A DNA stretch of 49,036 nt, filler included, from Sphacelaria rigidula (lineage: Eukaryota), in the NCBI GenBank assembly GCA_964200075.2. It is 3 parts of 3 records of this genome, joined end to end, with 100 filler letters (N's around TTAATTAATTAA, not from the genome) between each part and the next. Parts side by side here need not be neighbours in the genome. Positions count along the whole stretch, not along the records: positions 1 to 16,283 come from CAXNAA020001411.1; 2 more parts are not named here. One strand, written 5' to 3'. Below the pieces are notes generated by a model, which was given only the letters and a program-made list of their open reading frames with translations, made no database searches and was not told the origin of the DNA. Of the stretch, positions 1 to 13,017 are shown piece after piece; the first letter of the stretch is position 1, and every line of letters begins with the position of its first letter. Both the position numbers and the translations under genes were made by a program.

Positions 1-2689
1 TTTTTTTGACTTCTTCCGCCTCCCCCGAGTTCTTCCCCCTTCCCCTCCCCCGCGCTCCCCCCCTCTTTAACCTTACCTCCCCCCCCCCCCCCTTCGGCGG
101 TCGTACTATTTTTTTTTTCACATTAATTAACACGAAATAAATAGCCATTTTGGGGCGACTTGGGTGAGGTAGCACCCATGATTGTTGATCCTATCTGCCA
201 CCACAAGATGCGACGTACATTGAATGCAAATTGGCGATGCAGATAGATGCGTGTAGCTTGATTGAGCAAGCATTGCAGAGCATTGTGGTATTCGCCTAGT
301 CTTGTTATTGTCGTGAAAGTGTGATGCGCAATGTATTGCCGAAACCCATATAACCTGGCCTTACTTGGCTCCGAAGGTATATGCAAAGAATTGAAGCTGC
401 ATTAACACGAGTTTATGTCTATGTACAATTTCATTTTTTATTTTTCATATACTTTTATTTTTCTATTCATGTATGGGATTTTGTAACATACGAATCGGAG
501 CTTCCCCGATGTGGGCTTGGGGTCCATAACAGGCGTTTCCCGATTTGAGTTCCCCTGATCTGCGTACTGATGGAGTTTTGTGACTGCCATATGGTCTAAG
601 ACCGATCATTTTCACCCTCAGACCGCGAGCGTATTCCATCTGGATCTTGCATATTTTTTTCAAGAGCAAATGATGCCGATTCAACAGAAGGCCTACTGTC
701 GCCGTTTAAGGGTTAAGGTCATTAGACCAACTTCTATGGCAGTCACCGATCTCGGTTTGCACGCCGGGGGACCCAAACTCGAGAAACTCATTTTATGGAC
801 CCTAATCAAGGCCAAATCGGGGAAGCGAAATTCGGGATGTCACGATTTGAGAAGGGTTGTTCCGGTTTCTCGCAAAAATCGAGGGAAAGCTGAGGTCCCC
901 CCGATTTTGAGGAAGGCGACGTATGTACATTGTCGTACTGTCGTAGGGTAAGAGGCGTTTGATATTCTTGCAACCGCAGCAGCAGACAGTGTCATGACCG
1001 TGGACGGCGTGCCTGCCCGCGCCAGCTGCTGAATCAGCTTCGTACGGGGTTTGACAAGCGGATAATACGTTTTGACGCCGTAACCTGCGGCGATGGTAAC
1101 ATTTTATGGTGTACTGCGCTGTCGTGTGTACCACCATAACGAGCGATACTGTACTATCCTAGTCTGTTGTCGCTGTACTGGCCGGGTGATGTATGGCGCT
1201 GCACGACTGAACTCTTCTCGCACAATGTTCACTGTTTTTGCAATATCGACTGTGCCATCATGTATCACCACGCGGCATTATCCTCACTGTGATGATGGAA
1301 TATCTCGCTCAGTGTTACCCCAGGGTACCACGGCACGACACTGTACTCAAAGGATTATTCACCGCCCGCCTGCTCTTCGGCTTATGAGTACGCGATACCA
1401 TACTCATGCAAAGAATGACTATCCATGTACAGAACGACATCACAAGTATGTGAGACTATGAAACGGCTCCCACGGATCTGACTTTGGCAAATATGAGCCC
1501 CGCGATTTTGTACAGATTGTGGTCTCCACAGAACCGAGATTCGTTTCTATAAAAGGCCGGGTTTTCGGCTTGTACAGATTCAAACAGCGGTAAGGCCGAT
1601 TTCACTTGTGGAGGCCAACCCAGCCTTGAACCGTGCCGCTCCGCTGGTCACGGACCATCCACCACCGCAGCCGGGCACCAAATCCATCTGCAGACCGGCG
1701 GTTACATGCTACGCGATGCCCTGCGCTGCGGGTACCCGTTGTGAGATCAAGCAGAACACTCCCGAACTTCCACCAAGCTCTTTCGCCCCAATAATATATC
1801 ATCGAAAGCGCTTCCACTCCAACAATCTCCCAGGAGCCTGGACAACCCCAGCAATAGTTGGACCAACGAAAGCGCTTTCGCTTGACCGATCTCCCACCGA
1901 CCTCAGGGCTGACTCGAAAAAAAAACAGGGCGGACGGACATCCACACCTTCGGCCGCAGTTGACAGGCGGTTTGCAGGTGGTGTGGACTACGGAATGGTG
2001 CCATAGGTGTGACACGGCGGGCTCATGGTATCGGATACAGTAGTGCTGTACCGGTGCGTTCCTTCTTGATTTCGCGAAATTGGCATCGTCAGACACATCG
2101 TGATCGTGCAGAGAGCGCTGAAGGGGCTTTCGCCTGTGTCCTTGTTTTGTATCTTGAGAAAATACGAAAAGCAATTGCGCTGCACAAACAAGTCTCCACC
2201 CACGGGGAATGGGCCACGCTCTGACTCTCCACTCATCGTTGGTGGTCTGGCGCAGGTTTTCACAACGGTCGCTACCAGGTGGCTCTTAATCACAGCTACG
2301 GCATATGCAGCAACTGCGACCTCATTATTTCGTATTATTCTTCTCGATCCATATAGTGCGTGTCCTGGGGCCCTCTACCTTCCAAAGCGCATATTGGTGT
2401 GGATACGGGCCGATCCGGCCACACATCCGGATGTGTGCGTTTTAGGGCCGGAATCAGCCTTGAAGTGTATCATACGGCTCAAGTTCGATCCGTCTTTCAC
2501 ACGTGGCAGGCCGGTGTTGGCCGGAAGCGGCGATCAGACCGGATATTTTCCGTACACGAGGGCGGCCTTCAAATGTAAAACCCTCTGTGTACCAGAAACA
2601 GATCAATCCGTACTGTACACACAAAAAAGTAGTGGCTGACTTCGCATACTTTGGTCTTGTAGTAAGTAAAATAACGGCAACAGATCTAG

Positions 2690-2910
2690 TGCTGAGACTT
2701 CTTCGTAGAACATCTCATATGGGGACTTCGTCTCGGGATAAGCCGTTGGTGCAGGTCGGTTCAGAACGTCGACTCCATAATTAATAGAATCGCCCCCCAG
2801 CGATCCCGGAACATCAACGCCGTACAAACGGCCGGCATTTTCTCTTGCGGTCATTGCGGTCACCTCCGCCGTCGTAATCCCCGCTTTCTGTCACTCCATT
2901 GTACTGGGGA
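2690..2910 (-). mobile_element. Ty1/copia-type integrase remnant (C-terminal part of the catalytic core), frameshifted
   Basis: The minus strand reads DSPQYNGVTESG, then after a frameshift ...GSLGGDSINYGVDVLNRPAPTAYPETKSPYEMFY. This matches the copia integrase pattern PQQNGVAER...LWGEAxxxAxxxxNR.....SPYE. No LTRs recognised. Confidence 0.7.
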
Positions 2911-2989
2911 CTATCTGCACACTGTCGAGACTGAGAACCTGTGTGGTCAACTGCGGAAGCTTTGCCTCACCAGTAATTCTGCCATACGA

Positions 2990-4460
2990 GGCTGCCTCCC
3001 CTACATCGGGTTCATAGTGTGGCGTCATGAAGTCGTGCCACAGGAATCGATAGACGCTGCCATCAACGTGATGTCGAAATGAAATGACCAGCGCGAATGT
3101 GGCAACTACCGCGCCATCTTGCTAGGGTCTCACGTGCGCAAGGTGGTTCTTGAGGAAGGTGCGACTCACCTCAGCGCAAAATGCGACTGGATGGGAATCC
3201 CACCAGAACCTCAGTGTGGTTATCGACCAGGCCGGTCAACAATCGACATGGTGTAAGCTGTGCGCGGACCCCAAGATCTGGCCAGAGCGAAGAATCTTCC
3301 GATTTACGTGTGCTTCATCCACCTCCAAAAGAAGTACGGCTCAGTCGACCGCTATCCTCCCTGGAAGTTGCTGGCACAATACGGCGTCCCCGCCAAGGTT
3401 GTTTCCACTATAACGCTAGTTCCGTGAGGGCATACGAGCGTACGAGCGCCTTGGCAGCGTCGAGATGTTTGAGTGGTTTGACGTCAATCAGCGCCTCGTC
3501 AAGGCTTTGTGATACCCCAGGTGCGCTGAGGCTGACGTTCGACCACTTATCGATCGATAAAGCGGTGGTTAAGGACTCCATTAACATCGCTGCCACGCGC
3601 GAGAAGACCAGATACGAGCTTAGCGAAGTGCTTTGGGCTGTGCTGTACGCCGACGGCGCTGGTATCGCGTCGCAATCTCAACTAAGCCTGGCAAAGATGA
3701 TGACGGTTATCGTCGAAGTCTGTGCAGCTTTCGATCTCGTCGCGGTGGAAACGATGGCGGTAACCATGCACACGCGCCCCCCAAGCGTGAAGGCAGATGT
3801 GGTCGTGTAGGCTACAGGCCAAAGGTACAAGCAAGTTGAGTCTTTTGTCTATCTCGGCGGCAAAGGCAACAGCATCGGCGATGTCACCCTTGAGGTCAAA
3901 TGCTGCATTGGCTGGGCCTGGAAGTGCTTCTGGAGGTACAGCAGAGCGATATACGACAACCCTTACATAGCACTGGCCGAAAAAGTCCCTTACCTGAAGG
4001 CAGCAGTGACTGAGATCATGTTACACGGCTGCTTGACCTGGACGTTTTCGCCCAATAACTTCGGCCCGCTGCGGGAAGCTCGCCCCGCGTTCCTGCTGAG
4101 GTGCCCGTGTGCATCAACCCGTAGCACCCCCGGCTACCACATGCTGTCGTACCACGAGGTCCTCGAAGGGGCTGACTGCGATTGCAAGGAGGTTGCTGAG
4201 ATGAGGCATGTTCTCCTGTATGACGGCCGCGTCGCGTGCATATGCACGACGAACGCCTCCCCAGCATCGTCATGCGGGGAGTGATGATCGGAGGGGAGAC
4301 TAACCCAGACCAACCCGCGAAACGCTTGCCACACTGTGTCCCCGAGTACTGCGCCGCCTTCGGAATTGATGCGGCATCATGGACGCAAATCGCCCAAGAT
4401 GCTTCCGGGTTATACCGGGTCGTAGAGTAAGGGATGGAGAAGTGCATGACGTGATTGGAC
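2990..4460 (+). mobile_element. Decayed non-LTR retrotransposon (RTE-like LINE), reverse transcriptase and C-terminal region
   Basis: Across stops and frameshifts it reads ECGNYRAILL, PEPQCGYRPGRSTIDMV, YVCFIHLQKKYGSVDR, LWAVLYADGAG (YADD changed to YADG), FVYLGG, EIMLHGCLTWT, ERLPSIVMRG. This is the motif order of RTE-clade ORF2. Confidence 0.93.
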
Positions 4461-5122
4461 CAACGAGCGCCGTGCAAAGGAACGGTTTGCTGTGTCACCG
4501 CAAGAGTCCCATCAGTGTCTATGGAAGGTCGCTGGAACGTGACGAGTAGCCCATCACGTAGCATACTCGCTAGTGCGTCTGTCGTCTTCCTAGAAACGTT
4601 GGTGTTTTTTTCTCTGTGGACACCTGGAGATCAGGTTTGACTTCCGCTTGGTGTCCCCTTAGCCCCTATTCTGCTTTCGCAGATGTAATAGTTTGCCTCA
4701 CCACACCCCGACCAACTCAGGAGGAGCCCCCTTCTCATGTGTTTTATTGGCGGCTCTTGTATAGTTTGGGTTTTGCTCCGTTTGTGGTGTTCCCGAACAA
4801 ACCGCTTAAGGAGCGCATGTATCTCATGCAAGGAAGACTAGTGACGGTACTGGAAAAACGAACTCACGTCTGTGACTACGTGGTCGAGAGATGGGGCCAA
4901 TGCGCGTATACAATAATGTTTGGTTGTCAAATGATGAGATACAGCTTCACGTCCAGGTGGGCAATATTGAGTGAATTGTAGGGGAATTGAGAAGGTCATC
5001 CCACCTCATTCAAGCTGTCAAAATCATCACCACACCCGTACGGGCTTCAAAATGGGCTTGGTATGATACCGCCCGTTTCATCGATATGCGTGAATAGTGA
5101 AGGGCCGTAGACGGGTACTCAC

Positions 5123-7191
5123 GGAGTTTTACTCTCCAGTGTGACGGTATCCCCGTCCACCACCCTCCCATTACAGGACAACGCGTAGATACGAAAGTAG
5201 TGAAACGAAGCAGGGTTCAAATCATTCTTGTGGAGGAGGGGCTGCTGAACTCATCCTCCAGTAGTGATGTGGGAGAGGATGACATATCTGTATGTGGACG
5301 CATTCTACAGTAGTGATGTGGGACAACATGAGTGGCAGCTTTCATCTCGAGGTCTGCAATCATTGCTGTATTAGGCACCTCCGCTACCCGTGTTGGTGCG
5401 TCTTCGACAAGAAGAGATTTGTATTTGACCTTTCTCGTTGGCTAGCGATGAGGATATTTGTCCTTTCGTCTTCAATGTATTTTGCATGTGGTAGGTTAAG
5501 CCGACCATCTCGGTGCCGGTTACCCATAATTTCTCTTGTCCTCCACTAAAATTTCCGAGTTTTTTGCCCGCATAACTTTCTCTCTTCTCTTTTTTCCCAT
5601 CACGTCGGTGGGGGCTGCTACTCGAACCCATCGATATTCTGCGCATGGAACATTGGGAGAAGTGATCTCGCTGTCACTGTATCTGCGTGTTCTTGGGTGA
5701 AAACTTGGTTGTTTTGGGTTGCAAAATATCCCAATAGCTAGAACATGACCACAATCAAGCCACGGTCTTGTGTTTGTCTTGTTCTCGTCATCACGTGGAT
5801 GTATTCAAAGTTGCTGGTTTTCTTTGTACTGACCGACTCAATATTTCCCGGCGAGGAATTGTTGTTTCTCGCGGAGGAACCAGCTTGAAACTGCACACGT
5901 TTCTCCAATAGTTGTTCACCGGCGACTAGTTGCGCAGGTGGTTTACCAAGTCGTTGCCTATACAGGTACGACATCGATACTGACAGTATACGGGCAAGAA
6001 GAGAACATTCCAGAATCACGTCGCCCTGCTTGCGGTTTATCGTGCTGACGCCGTGCACCCTCCCCCCCCCCCCCGCTGTGCTCCGTCTCGAAAGGGATGC
6101 GTGGTCAGTGGTCAAACGACTAGAGTAAGCAACAAATGAGTACGCCCTCACTTTGAACTGCAATGAAACGTTTGATCTGGAATATGATAATCGAAAAGCT
6201 TTCTCGGAATTTTCAGATTCATCTCGCTCGTGGGGAAGCAAGACATGGTGACCACAAGGCGGCGCATACCAAGATTTATCCCAGACCTGCGGAACAGCCA
6301 CATTTACTTGGGGTTCTGATTCCCACCGCCCACGGCTGAAGAAAGCATAGATGGACAGCTCGAGTAGTAGCGTCTGATTAATTGAACACGACGCGCTGCG
6401 TTCAGCGAAATGTGCGCATGCGAATTAGTCCCGGCTGAAAGAAGAAGTCGCGCATCCTAGGTGCACTTTTACAATCCGAGAATGGAAAACCTGTTCAACT
6501 CTTTGTGCAGTAGCTTTTACAGCCAACCGACTACTCGACTAGGCATCTGTTGGATAAATAGTCACAAGTTACATTGCACCTACCTGTGGAAGTTTCTCCT
6601 TCTAACGTTTTTTCTCGCCAGATTCAGATCCTAGCGTTGATTGAGAGTGGGTGTCACCTATCTCGTGTATGTGTCTTTTCCCCTCGGACACGGGCATATG
6701 CTTACTCCTACACGTCGATGTCCTACTTAGAGATATCAGAGGCTCTAGTGGCAAGCAACTACCCAAAGCTTGTAACGACTCGCGTGAGGCCTGGTGAGGC
6801 GTTTCGGAATCGACCATTTGTGGAAATCTAGAGTTCTAGATTCCTGCTGATTGACGACGCCAGTGAAATGAAATTGTACGTTAAACCCATCCCATCCCAC
6901 AGCTAAACGCTTTCACTCGAGCCGCTCCTCACCTGGCGGGGCGAAGTATTCCCCAAGCAAAACCAGTTGAGAAATGGATTAGGGTGTCCTGTACAAGTGT
7001 TGTCCCTCTCGATCAAACTCTGGGCTCTCAACCTGGCGAGAACTCTGTTTTTCATGTTTTGGTATCCACACGTGTACGTATCCACTTCATCAGGACCAGG
7101 GGGCTCCGCAGAGTCGAAAACATTGCCAATGCTCCGAACGTTGCCATCTGTTGCGTTTCCGGGCGTGTGATATCTTGCAAACATCGTGCGC
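5123..7191 (-). CDS. Putative multi-exon gene fragment (exons 7191-6933, 6843-6763, 6373-6152, 6025-5834, ~5245-5123); last exon FN3-like
   Basis: Four consecutive stop-free AG...GT exons with compatible phases (RTMFARYHTPG...SPRQ / ESRTLDFHKW...KLW / TLLLELSIY...LQFK / GDVILECSLL...NIES). A further exon ending at a GTGAGT donor reads NDLNPASFHYFRIYALSCNG, resembling the FN3 LxPxxxYxFRVxA motif. Start and stop not identified. Confidence 0.5.
6058..6147 (+). mobile_element. Short (~70 nt) 3' tail of the poly-C LINE family, preceded by a C-run, inside a 126-nt predicted intron
   Basis: GTGCTCCGTCTCGAAAGGGATGCGTGGTC...GCAACAAATGAGTACGCCC matches the copies at ~16660-16725, 31055-31154, 32764-32843 and 48726-48800. 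Confidence 0.85.
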
Positions 7192-8155
7192 CTACTGTAT
7201 GCATGGAATCATTTTCCAGTGCCCTATGACGTACGTGGGGTGAAACACCCTTCCCACCCCCTATCTCTTCTCCCCCCAAACCCACAACCCGAAGCTTGTG
7301 GAGATGGATGTCCCGTAAGCTTCCAGGCACACGGTACTATCCGAAGAAACGCAATAACCACCTTAACACGCAATCGGAAACATTAAACCACCGTACTACT
7401 GTTCAGCTTCTGGGTGCCCAACAATTGAATGGGGTGGGGGTTAGGTGAGGTTTCAGAATCTCGTGTTCCGCGAAGCCCCCTGATCCGACGTTAGATTGCA
7501 TATTATTGCAAACCTCACGGAACACAAGAGAATGTTTCATGCTTGTTGTCCACATGCTACTCAGTCGTAGCAATTGGTCCGCGAAAAAATCCTCGATGCC
7601 GTACATGCAAAAGCGATTCCTCACGATGTTTTACGAGCTAGGAGACAAGGTTCCTCGTGCCTTATCTCGAAAGAAAGCCCGAGGCTATGAGTGATGGGTA
7701 GGTGTTCGCCCACTTTCATCGGTTTCTTTGGGTCCCCGGCCAAAACTTCACCGGTATGCGGGGACGGGTACCCCTAAACTCCGTTGAAATCGGGCTAAAT
7801 TTCAATATACTAGTTGTCGATTACCCTGACGTTTGGCGTTATCACGTACGTAAACGGTCGTGAGTAACAGCGTGGAACATGCAGCGAACTCGAAACTGAT
7901 GCAACACCTTGTTCCAAGCTGGTTCACAAGGGCCCATGAAGTAACATTTGCGCCGTTCCTGCCTTCGTAGTTAAGAGGTGCAGGGTGAGATTTCCACACA
8001 TGTTTGCCGCATTGGTGAATCGATTTTTGCCGCACCAGGAATCCAGCGGTGCTCACTGGAGGTGTGAACGGCATCACTGCAGTTTCTGTCCTCGTTGTGA
8101 CCTGTATTCAACATTTTGTGCTGTGGTAGGTTACCGTCACACTGAGGCTACCTTA

Positions 8156-8462
8156 CCGGCGTTGGGCTACAAATGTTCATGGTTAACACAAGTTTACGAG
8201 TGTCGCTGTCCCTATCCCTTGCCCTGACCCCAACCCAACGCATACCGAGAACCCACGGGCAAGGGCGGTACATACATTCCCTATGCAAACTGCTGGCCTT
8301 GGTAGACCCCCAAATCGGCGATTGTGGCGCCGATTTCAACGAAAACGCGTTCTACGTACGCGAGGAGCACGCGGGACTGTCATCCGTACTAGAATTCCGA
8401 TTCTCGTTGTACACACCCAAATCACGCAATATCAACCGTGGACATTTGTAGCCCAACGCCGG
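8156..8462. mobile_element. MITE, 307 bp, ~29-bp TIRs, TA-flanked (Tc1/mariner-superfamily type)
   Basis: Left end TA|CCGGCGTTGGGCTACAAATGTTCATGGTT; right end AACCGTGGACATTTGTAGCCCAACGCCGG|TA (2 mismatches). No coding content. Confidence 0.88.
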
Positions 8463-8674
8463 TAAACCCTACTGGCCAGACTCGTGAAGGATATGCGCTT
8501 ACTCTCACAAAGTCATCACGGTTCCCGTAAGCCTGGCTGTAACGTCCCCGAGCACGGACCCCCGCTCAAGTATTGACCAAACACAACTTGTTGCTAAACA
8601 CCGCTGACGTTTGACTGTGTTTGTCTGGCAGGCGGGAGCAGAACACCACACCAGCAATCTTCCTCTTCCGAACG

Positions 8675-11600
8675 ATGCTGGCCGGCAAGGGGCTGGTAGT
8701 AGCCCGTCTTCTGGTCCTGCTTGGCACTGTCAATGTTCTACTCGTGGTGAGCCACAGATGCAGTTACATATTCCTATTTATGGCACGAAAACATTACGAC
8801 ATAGGGATGATATGCGGATGTTTTGAGGTCCCTGTAAATGCCACGTACCCTTCGAAATAGCCGCGGCCTAGCAGATTCGGTTAGAACATGTACCCTAGAC
8901 TGCTCCCCAAATATTCTTGTGATGAGGTCTTTTTCTAATTTTATGATTACTAAAGATACCAACATGCTACTGTCTGAGACCACAGAAAGAGAACACCTGC
9001 AAGTACTGGCTATCCGATCTCTCTGAGCAATTCACTCACCTGGTGAAAGCGTTGGTCTTCATCTCATTCCCGTCGAGATCTTCGTGTTGTATGTGGACTT
9101 GAGTAGAATAATTGTACTGTAAGGAACGTGCTTACATTTGGAAAAAATCAGAGGTAATGGGCAATCGTTTGGTTGATGTCAGTGCTTCGAATGGGTGACG
9201 ATGTCGGTCATGTCCGATGTGCAAACTATTTTACCTCTCCTCCACAATGCAGCGAACCCCGATGTGTGGGATGATAATACGGCGACCGTATGCAAAAAAG
9301 GAGCCCCAGCCGCCCAGTAGAAGTTACAGGTCTTATCCGAGCAGATATCATGGTGCTGCCCAGTTCATCGTTGCGTGGTATATGGTTTGTCAAAGTGATT
9401 GATTGCTTGTCTCACATCCAATGTTTGGCCCTGGATTCAAGCAAGGTTGCAAAATATATGTAAACAAAAGAAATTAACTAAACCACTAGCCGAAGAGGAC
9501 TCGTGTGCATGAAGTACAGGCCAAAGTTTGTGAATCACAGGTTTGTTTCAACCCCGCAAAACATGTGATGCCCCACAAGAGCTGCGGGCCTGCGTCGTCC
9601 AGGATCCTCGATAATCTTTGCTTCGCCGTGCGTGTCGCTTATGTGTTGCTGCCTTCCGCCGGGCAGGAGCCGGCAGAGCATACCGACTACGGTAAATGGT
9701 GGAAGGATTTCCTGTCATCAGGAAGTGAGCGCTCCTGGTTCGACCACTGGTGCGTGCAAGCACAGTAGTTTTTCGTCTCGAGACACCGAACACGGCAAGC
9801 TATATTGTGTGCTTGCCCCCGGCATGATGGTCTAGCCTTGGTCGGTCATGATGATACGCCCAGCATGTCTTTATGACACTAACCGGAAGCTAAATATGGG
9901 GTATGTGTAGCCGCCCCGGTAGCGGTTGAAGCGCAGCCCACGGAATGCTGGTTAGGATTGAAAGGGCAATCGACAAATCCAGGCATACCTGGACGTTTAT
10001 TGGCCACACGTAGATGTGGGTTGTGCCGCGATACATGGGCGCGTGATTTTACGGCCGTGTGGTTGACCTAAACCGCCCGCACACTGCACATGATATTGGA
10101 TACATCATCCAGTACATGATCTTGGCAAGGAATGCCGATTGCACACCTGAGTTTATCGTCTTCTCTCCCATGACGTACACGCGTCCGAAAGAATCATCTC
10201 CGAACGAAGTCCCAATCTCGGATGCAGAGGTTCGGGTACTACGAGCTGGGCCAGCCTAGAAACGGATTTAAGCTCTCAAAGCGATATTTCGACGACACAG
10301 ACGAGTTGGGCCGTGATCCGCATCGTATTAATTGTATTATCAAGGGGAAGGAACCCCTCTGCTCAAAAATCTGGGCCAATTTTTTCTCGTCGAGTAAACC
10401 CCATGTATAGTAATTCCTATACCAAGCGGAGATAGCGTCCACACTAAAATCTATATGAAACCCCGAACGATCGATCAAGGGGATGATGACGATTCCTGGT
10501 GTGGACCTTCCCTGGAGCACGGGGAGACGATGGATACCCTTACTTTCACCTAATTCGTCATCTATCTCAAGAAATGGCGCACATAAGGTTTCGTACTAAA
10601 ATCAGTATATTACGAGCAGGGGCCCTACATGACCCAAATCTGGATGTCGCGTCTCAGTTTTTGAGAGTTGTGCTATGAAATTTGGTATGGAGAACCGCTA
10701 GTGCATAATGAAACAAAACACACAGCTTTTTCGTTTTTTTTTCGTTTCTTCTCATCTTTTTTCGTGTTCTTAGGAGGGGTTGAGGAGAAATGAGACATGC
10801 TCTTGGGCTTTATCTCAATTTTTCAGCTCAATTTTCAGAATTGTGATTTGAAACTTGGCATGGAAAACGACAGAGTTATGCTGAGTAAAAAACAAAATGG
10901 GCCTTCATTTTGTTTTTTCTTCATGAGAGGTTCGGGCGTTCTCGTAAAACTATCATCGTTACCATACTAAAACGCCCTCAATCAGTGAGGAGAATAATAA
11001 AACCCAACCTCACCCATTTTCCTTGGTTCATCACGACCTAGCAAGGTCGCGACAAAGTTTCAACCCACAAACACCAAACGTGGGCCGATGAACGGCCTGC
11101 AAAATACTGTTCCGACTTTCCCTCGCCTCGGTTCTTCGAAGGGAAATTCGCAATTTTTTTCTTGGAGTTGGAAAGTGAAATTTGGTATGGACAATCAACA
11201 GGGCATGAAGAAAAGCTGTCTGCGAGGTCCCAGCGTTTTTTTTTTCGTGAATTAAAGGCAAAAATCAGTTTTGAGGTTTAGGTAAAATGCCCTTAACTCA
11301 CGAAAAAAAAGAAGTCGATGGGATCTGACAGTGGGTCTGCGTGTGAAAATGTCTCGCGGTGTATTTCTCCCTACTTTACAACAGTGTACTCAGCTGTGCC
11401 GTAGTGCCTGTTCATACGAACGTACAGTATACTGACGGCACTAACTCCGCAATCTTGCCGCCGGCGTTTTTGCCTCAACGGGTTACCGTAGGTCGTAGGG
11501 TTACTGCGTGCACGATTGCCGTACTTCTTGGGCGTGCACGACTCTTCCTTGTTGGCGCTCTCGCTAATGTACCTTGAGGGGAGAACTCGAACGTGTACGA

Positions 11601-13017
11601 CCATCCCTGTTTTGCTACTGTTGAACGGGCGGAGGTACGGCATGTCAGCTCCTTGAAATCCGCCAGATGCAGTCCTACTTCGTGCCAGCTTCACGCACAG
11701 AAAAACATTCAGGGTGATTAATGGAGAGGGCACAACAGACTCAGGTGTGCCTGTGGACTTTCTCGCCAAGATCAGGTACACGGCAGTTTCGGCCCATGCC
11801 ATGACCCTACGTGTACGCTCTTGTGCATTGCGGTACAGCCTATACCTGTTCGCGAGCGGCAGACGGGCAGGTATACGTGGGTCTGTTGCTGTCCCATACC
11901 GAAGTGTTCGCACCCCCCACTCCTTGCCCTGCTTCCTTGGACCCCAATGGAATCCTCAACATTCAAGGGGGGGGCTGAGAAGCTCAAGCAGAGAGGGCAC
12001 GAGAAGACGTCCACACTGCAATAGCACTGCTGACCAATTATCTGCTTGGACATGTGGCGTTGGAACGTAAACCAACGAACCCGGGGCTTGGACTGATTAT
12101 CATTCGCAACACATGGTGCTACCATACCTGGCAGGAATCCGTTCCTTCAGGTCAAGTTCGATGAGCTATCGCGACTGGCTGAGGAGGATCCAGACAAACC
12201 ACCGTACAAGGTGTCGATGGTGGGGGACAGCACCATGCGGCATCAGTTCGGTGCGATGTGCGCCTACCTGGCTGAGCGTGAGGGCAGTCGGTTCGACTCG
12301 AAAGTGAGAAGCATGCGAAGCACTGTGTGGTGAAAGTCTTCTACGCATGAAAACATATCTTCAGGCGTGATTTGTGTTATTCTTGGTCAATTGGCCCTTT
12401 GTCCGGTCGAGGACCCGAGGTCGTGGCCTGACAGGAACGGCACGCAAAATAATGGTTACCGCCCCCTTCCCACGTCACCACCTGCCTCAAAAATAGGCGA
12501 TACACTGGGCTTGAGCACTTCTCTCGTGATCGCCGTTGCCGTTCGAACGACGCCGTGTCTATCGGCTCTGCCCTTCCTTGTTCGCTTCAGGGGAGATTGG
12601 GTTTGTTGCCACTGTATCGGGAGAGTAAATCTCGATGACCATGGATCCTCCTGTTACGAGGGTTGTCTCGTTGTGTCCAATTAGAGGTATCTTTGTGCCC
12701 CACGAAGGGGTGTTGATTTAATCCATCATTCTGTCTTTTGACTGGTCCACGGTTCCACCATATCTGTCTGTTGGCCTCACGGGTACTTTGTCATGTACTG
12801 CGTGGCGTGGACAGGTGTACCAGAAAGGCGACCCGGGCTGCTGCGTGGACACCGTCAAGGGGGGCGGGCGGGGCTTGTGTTTCCGCTACGAGGAATACCG
12901 CTTTCTCAGCCCTAATCACGCGGCAGCTGTGGTCACGGATGTGTACTACTTCGGCTCCGGATTGCACCTGCTCCACATGTACCCGGAAAGGAAAATTGAA
13001 GCCCTTCAAGTTCAAGA
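8675..13017 (+). CDS. SGNH/PC-esterase-like (TBL/PCED1-type) acyl-esterase or O-acetyltransferase, 3'-incomplete; exons 8675-8746, 9667-9691, 11871-12066, 12135-12303, 12815-13017
   Basis: GT-AG exons join in phase (0,1,2,0). The N-terminus is hydrophobic (MLAGKGLVVARLLVLLGTVNVLLV). Exon 4 has KVSMVGDSTMRHQF (GDS block I) and exon 5 has DVYYFGSGLH (block III-like). Exons 4-5 are well supported; exons 1-3 are more tentative. The DxxH exon was not found. Confidence 0.68.
10242..11330 (+). mobile_element. Non-autonomous TIR DNA transposon, right-truncated copy (same family as 29191-30658)
   Basis: Starts TA|CGAGCTGGGCCAGCCTAGAAACGGATTT and aligns colinearly for ~1.1 kb with 29191-30530. The right TIR is missing. 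Confidence 0.88.

Noticed and set aside
3181-3810. Active reverse transcriptase (retron/DGR-type system)
   Set aside because: Clearly RTE-LINE-like, with YADD changed to YADG and multiple stops and frameshifts.
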